Part shown: positions 57,390 through 61,129 of the stretch, piece by piece
Position numbering within the stretch: the first letter of the stretch is position 1
Layout: every line of letters begins with the position of its first letter
IMG/VR virus record: IMGVR_UViG_3300022752_004478
Span: 1 to 61,129 of that record
Reading direction: 5' to 3' (one strand)
Source of the DNA: a virus
Taxonomy: Duplodnaviria > Caudoviricetes
DNA: 61,129 nucleotides
Notes under the pieces: model-generated
The model's database searches: none
Told to the model about the DNA's origin: nothing
The model's input: only the letters and a program-made list of their open reading frames with translations
Made by a program: the position numbers and the translations under genes

Positions 57390-58332
57390 CTTGCTTGAAT
57401 CTGTATTTGGATATCCAAAGAACAATGCATCAACACAAATACAATTTAATTGTCCTGAATGCGCTAGATTAAATTATGGGATACCTGATAACAAATACAA
57501 TCTTGAAGTAAACATATCCTTAAACAATAAAGGTAAATACAATAAGGTTTGTAAATGTTGGAAATGTGGTATTTCAGGACCACTTTTTTTTGTGTTTAAA
57601 AAATATGCTACAAAGTCACAAATAGCAGAATTTTTAAAATATGAAAACGAGCCAATTATTTTTTCTCAAATAAAGAAATTTAAAATATTTAGATTACCAA
57701 AAGAATTTATATCTTTTAAAGATATGGATAAAAATAATCCATTACATTTAGAAGCTTATCAATATTTAAAAAATAGGAAAGTTGCAGATGCAATAATAAA
57801 AAAAGATAATCTTGGATTTTGCCTTGATGGTTATTATAAAGATAGAATTATAATTCCATCATACGATTTAGATAATAAATTAAACTTTTTTGTAACAAGA
57901 ACATTTAAAGATGATTATTATAAATATAAATTACCAAAAGCAGATAAAAATGAAATTATTTTTAATGAAAAAAATATAAATTGGAATTCAACTGTTTATA
58001 TTGTTGAGGCATATTTTGAATATACAACAATCCCAATAAATACAATCATATTGTTGGGTAAATCTTTACAAGATAATATATTATCAAAATTAATTAAATA
58101 CAAACCAAATGTTGTTATTATGTTAAATCCCGATGCGATTGAAAAAAGACATGATTTCAACCATTCAAAAAAACCCAATTCTTCTTTAGAAATTCAGGAA
58201 CGATTATTGAGTTTAGGTTTAACAAATGTTAAAATACAAACATATGAAAATGACGATGATTTAAATGAAAATATGAAAAAATATGATAAAAATTATATAT
58301 TTGAATTGATGAAAAAAAAATTAGAACAATAA
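57379..58332 (+). CDS. DNA primase (Zn finger + Toprim)
   Basis: CPEC...CWKC, YLKNR, RIIIPSYD, YIVEAYFE, LLGK, LNPDA, DDLNE. Confidence 0.8.
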   Translation: MIYNLLESVFGYPKNNASTQIQFNCPECARLNYGIPDNKYNLEVNISLNNKGKYNKVCKCWKCGISGPLFFVFKKYATKSQIAEFLKYENEPIIFSQIKKFKIFRLPKEFISFKDMDKNNPLHLEAYQYLKNRKVADAIIKKDNLGFCLDGYYKDRIIIPSYDLDNKLNFFVTRTFKDDYYKYKLPKADKNEIIFNEKNINWNSTVYIVEAYFEYTTIPINTIILLGKSLQDNILSKLIKYKPNVVIMLNPDAIEKRHDFNHSKKPNSSLEIQERLLSLGLTNVKIQTYENDDDLNENMKKYDKNYIFELMKKKLEQ

Positions 58333-58358
58333 AAAAAAAAAATAAATGGAAAAATTAA

Positions 58359-58880
58359 ATGTTAAATATAGAAAAAGAAAAATTAGATAAAGAAATATAT
58401 AAAAAATATGAAAAATTAGTATTAAACTATTTCTACTCTAAAACCTCAGATGCACAATTATCAAAAGAGTTGAGTGCAGAAACAATGAGTAAAATAATTA
58501 TAAATTATCACAAAAAATTAAACAAAAAAACTTTAGATAATTGGGTTTTTACTGTTACACAAAATCATTTTTATGATTATGTTAGAAAAATTAATAGAAA
58601 AAAATATAAAAAATATACTTCATTAGAAGAAAATTCACAAAAAATTGATTCTGTTTATATTACATCGGATTATGAAAAACAATTCGATTCTGTTAATGAA
58701 ATAATGAAAATTTGTAAAGATGAAACCTTAAAAAATTTTTATGAATATAAATATTTGAAACATTATGACAATAAGACGATTATAAAAAAAATGAACTTTT
58801 CATATCAAAAAATAAAATATTTTGATGAAAAATTGATATTATTTTTAAAGACAAATCTAACTGATGACCTATTTACATAA
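58359..58880 (+). CDS. ECF-type sigma factor
   Basis: IYKKYEKLV, ELSAETMSKI, NWVFTVTQNHFYDYVRK region-2 pattern. Confidence 0.7.
   Translation: MLNIEKEKLDKEIYKKYEKLVLNYFYSKTSDAQLSKELSAETMSKIIINYHKKLNKKTLDNWVFTVTQNHFYDYVRKINRKKYKKYTSLEENSQKIDSVYITSDYEKQFDSVNEIMKICKDETLKNFYEYKYLKHYDNKTIIKKMNFSYQKIKYFDEKLILFLKTNLTDDLFT
58869..58875 (+). promoter_or_regulatory. Putative phage promoter motif CTATTTA
   Basis: 11 nt upstream of the phoH ATG. Confidence 0.45.
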
Positions 58881-58886
58881 AAATAA

Positions 58887-60707
58887 ATGAGTGTGAATAG
58901 AAAAATAAAAAAATACAATACGGAAGAAAGTGAGGTTGATAAAATAAAAGAAATTAAAAATCAAATCAGAAAAAAGATTGGAAAGCCATACTTAAAAATC
59001 AATCCAAAAAATGAAAACCAAGAAAAATTCATAAAAGAAATATTGGAAAATGATTCAATGTATGTTATTGCAACAGGGGTGGCAGGATGTGGTAAAGCCC
59101 AACCGCTAACATCTAAAGTCTTAACAATTAATGGATGGAAATTATTTAAGGATATAACACTATCTGATATTGTTATTACACCCGATAATAAAACTTCTGA
59201 AATTATTGGTATATATCCACAAGGTATTAAAGATATATATGAAATAACATTTGAGGATGGTAGAAAAGTTGAATGTTGTAAAGAACATCTTTGGAAAGTT
59301 TTTGAATATAATAAAAATGTAAAACATAAAGAAAATTATGATGGTTATAAAATTCTTTCTTTAGAAGAAATTCTTAAAAAAGAAAATAGACTTAAAGCAG
59401 GAAGATTGTATATACCTTTAGTTGAACCAATTAGTTTATTAACTAATGAAATAGAATTACCAATAGACCCATATTTATTAGGTATTTTGATAGGGGATGG
59501 TTGTTTAGGCAATAATCAAGTATCTTTTAGTAGTGCTGATGATTTTATTATTGAAAAAATAAAAAATATAGTTAACGATAAATTACATGTAATCACAAAA
59601 ATTAATAAATACGATTATAAAATTATAAAAAATAAAGAATTATTAAAACATAATGATTCTAATTATTTTATGGATAAAATAAGAGAATTAAAATTAGATG
59701 TTAATTCAGACAAAAAATTTATACCTGAAATATATAAAAATTTATCATTAAACGATAAAAAAGAATTATTAAAAGGTTTATTTGATAGTGATGGAACAAT
59801 TGGTAAAAATGGTAATATTAGCTACTCAACAGTATCAAAACAATTAGCAATTGATATACAAGATATTTTATGGTCAATGGGTTGTATTTGTAAAATAGTA
59901 GAAACTCAAAAATATTATAAAGATAAAAATGGTGATAAAAAAGCAGGTAAGTTATGTTATAGGCTTAATGTTAGAACAAATAAACATAGTGATTTATTTC
60001 ATTTACCTAGAAAATTAGAAAGAATACCATTAAATTATCAATATAATAATTTAAAATTAAGAATAAAAGAAATTAATTTAAAATCTTCCGAAGAAGCTGT
60101 TTGTATTTCAATAAAAAATGAAAATAAATTGTATATAACTGATAATTATATTGTCACACATAATACATTTATCGCTTTAATTCAAGCAATAAACTTATTA
60201 CTTTCAGATGATAATAACTACACAAAAATTAGAATATTTAAACCTTTAAAACAACTACAACATGAAGATGTTGGAACACTCCCCGGAGGTGTTGAAGAAA
60301 AATTAGAATATGTATTAATGTCTTATTCAATGCAATTAAATAAACTAATTTCTCCAATTGCTTTAGAAATATTATTTAAAGAAAAAATCATTGAAATTAT
60401 ACCAATGGGTAATTTAAGAGGTTTATCTCTTGATAACATTAATATTTTTGATGAATTCCAAAATGTATCAATTGATAACAGTGAAACTGTATTAACACGT
60501 TTAGAAGAAGGTGGTAAAATGATTATTATTGGAGATATTCGTCAAAGAGATTTTAAAGATAAAAACGATAATGGATTAATGTTTTTAACTGAACATTTTA
60601 AAGATTTTGATGAACACATAAAAGTTGTCGAATTTGTTGATTCAGACTGCGTAAGAAGCCCTTTAATCCAAAAAATAACCAAACTATTTGATGATAAAAA
60701 AAGATAA
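58887..60707 (+). CDS. phoH: PhoH-family ATPase interrupted by an intein
   Basis: NENQ, GVAGCGK|T Walker A split by the intein, GTLPGGVEEK, LRGLSL, DEFQN, LTRL, GDIRQRD, DCVRS. Confidence 0.93.
   Translation: MSVNRKIKKYNTEESEVDKIKEIKNQIRKKIGKPYLKINPKNENQEKFIKEILENDSMYVIATGVAGCGKAQPLTSKVLTINGWKLFKDITLSDIVITPDNKTSEIIGIYPQGIKDIYEITFEDGRKVECCKEHLWKVFEYNKNVKHKENYDGYKILSLEEILKKENRLKAGRLYIPLVEPISLLTNEIELPIDPYLLGILIGDGCLGNNQVSFSSADDFIIEKIKNIVNDKLHVITKINKYDYKIIKNKELLKHNDSNYFMDKIRELKLDVNSDKKFIPEIYKNLSLNDKKELLKGLFDSDGTIGKNGNISYSTVSKQLAIDIQDILWSMGCICKIVETQKYYKDKNGDKKAGKLCYRLNVRTNKHSDLFHLPRKLERIPLNYQYNNLKLRIKEINLKSSEEAVCISIKNENKLYITDNYIVTHNTFIALIQAINLLLSDDNNYTKIRIFKPLKQLQHEDVGTLPGGVEEKLEYVLMSYSMQLNKLISPIALEILFKEKIIEIIPMGNLRGLSLDNINIFDEFQNVSIDNSETVLTRLEEGGKMIIIGDIRQRDFKDKNDNGLMFLTEHFKDFDEHIKVVEFVDSDCVRSPLIQKITKLFDDKKR
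59097..60164 (+). mobile_element. Class 3 intein (356 aa) with LAGLIDADG homing endonuclease
   Basis: Starts AQPLTSKVLT (Ala1); block B EHLW, block F AVCISI, block G VTHN|T (WCT triplet); LLGILIGDG and LLKGLFDSDG motifs. Confidence 0.92.
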
Positions 60708-60961
60708 TGAAAAAGTTTTTAGATAACATAGCACACAGTAAATTAGGTAAAATTTTAGACCATCTTTTTCTAGATTTTACTCTTTTTTTACCCAAATTTG
60801 CACTATATTTAATTATACCAACTTTTGTATTTTCATTTATGAATCTGTTTGGTATTAAATGGATAACAGATATGTTTTTAATAAATATGACATTATTTAT
60901 TTTGCCATTTTTTATTTTGGGATGTATATGGTTCATATATAGAACAACAAGTTTAGACTAA
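60707..60961 (+). CDS. Small membrane protein
   Basis: 84 aa with two hydrophobic segments. Confidence 0.65.
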   Translation: MKKFLDNIAHSKLGKILDHLFLDFTLFLPKFALYLIIPTFVFSFMNLFGIKWITDMFLINMTLFILPFFILGCIWFIYRTTSLD

Positions 60962-60975
60962 CAATTACAAAACAT

Positions 60976-61011
60976 ATCCTGTTTGTGGTAAAATATAAGC
61001 AGGATTTTTTT
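60976..61011 (+). terminator. Putative intrinsic terminator
   Basis: ATCCTGTTT-N12-AAGCAGGAT stem (one G-U) followed by a T-run. Confidence 0.65.
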
Positions 61012-61031
61012 ATACTTTAAATTAAAAAAAA

Positions 61032-61129
61032 ATGATTACAGAAAAAAGAAATTATTACAGACCTTTTGAATATGAAGAAGCATATAACTTCTACATTAAA
61101 CAACAATTAGTTCATTGGACTAAAGATGA
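61032..61129 (+). CDS. nrdB: Ribonucleotide reductase class I beta subunit, 5' fragment
   Basis: Manual translation MITEKRNYYRPFEYEEAYNFYIKQQLVHWTKD, matching the NrdB N-terminal Y.PF.Y..A......Q...HW pattern; truncated by window end. Confidence 0.75.
   Translation, partial: MITEKRNYYRPFEYEEAYNFYIKQQLVHWTKD

Noticed and set aside
4631-60936. Short opposite-strand or nested ORFs in the track (e.g. 4631, 6279, 9074, 10808, 16922, 22089, 24137, 25574, 26256, 26502, 33673, 36199, 36806, 37793, 38165, 42350, 42822, 44128, 46079, 50053, 54451, 56774, 57996, 60598)
   Set aside because: They overlap well-supported genes and have no recognisable motifs; treated as shadow ORFs
1-61129. Stop-codon reassignment
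   Set aside because: Genes are long and tightly tiled under the standard code, and TAA, TAG and TGA all occur as real stops
1-61129. tRNA, rRNA or CRISPR array
   Set aside because: Intergenic gaps are short and AT-rich; no cloverleaf or repeat-spacer pattern seen by eye (not tool-verified)

Overview
Very AT-rich, densely coding segment of a large (jumbo-type) tailed phage with myovirus-like baseplate genes. The host is most likely Bacteroidota, given TAnnTTTG -7 promoter boxes and no Shine-Dalgarno signals. Replication/recombination genes: DnaB-like helicase, primase, RecA/UvsX, 5'-3' exonuclease, SSB candidate, RuvC-like resolvase, DEDD exonuclease, SbcCD/Mre11-Rad50. Virion genes: tape measure, gp26-like hub/chaperone, gp25, gp6, M23 lysin-hub. 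It also carries three different sigma factors, PhoH, the start of NrdB and a 15-gene glycosylation/methylation island. Main discovery: a naturally split intein with a very short (29 aa) N-fragment. It sits in the Walker A motif of an SbcD-SbcC fusion, and its halves lie about 5.1 kb apart (5497-6834 and 420 to the window edge) with eight unrelated ORFs and no homing endonuclease between them. The C-half is absent from the supplied ORF track. Also notable: a class 3 (Ala1, WCT) LAGLIDADG intein in PhoH, a candidate programmed +1/-2 frameshift in the tail chaperone, and a recurrent CTAnTTA promoter-like motif. All family assignments are from motif recognition by eye; no database searches were run.
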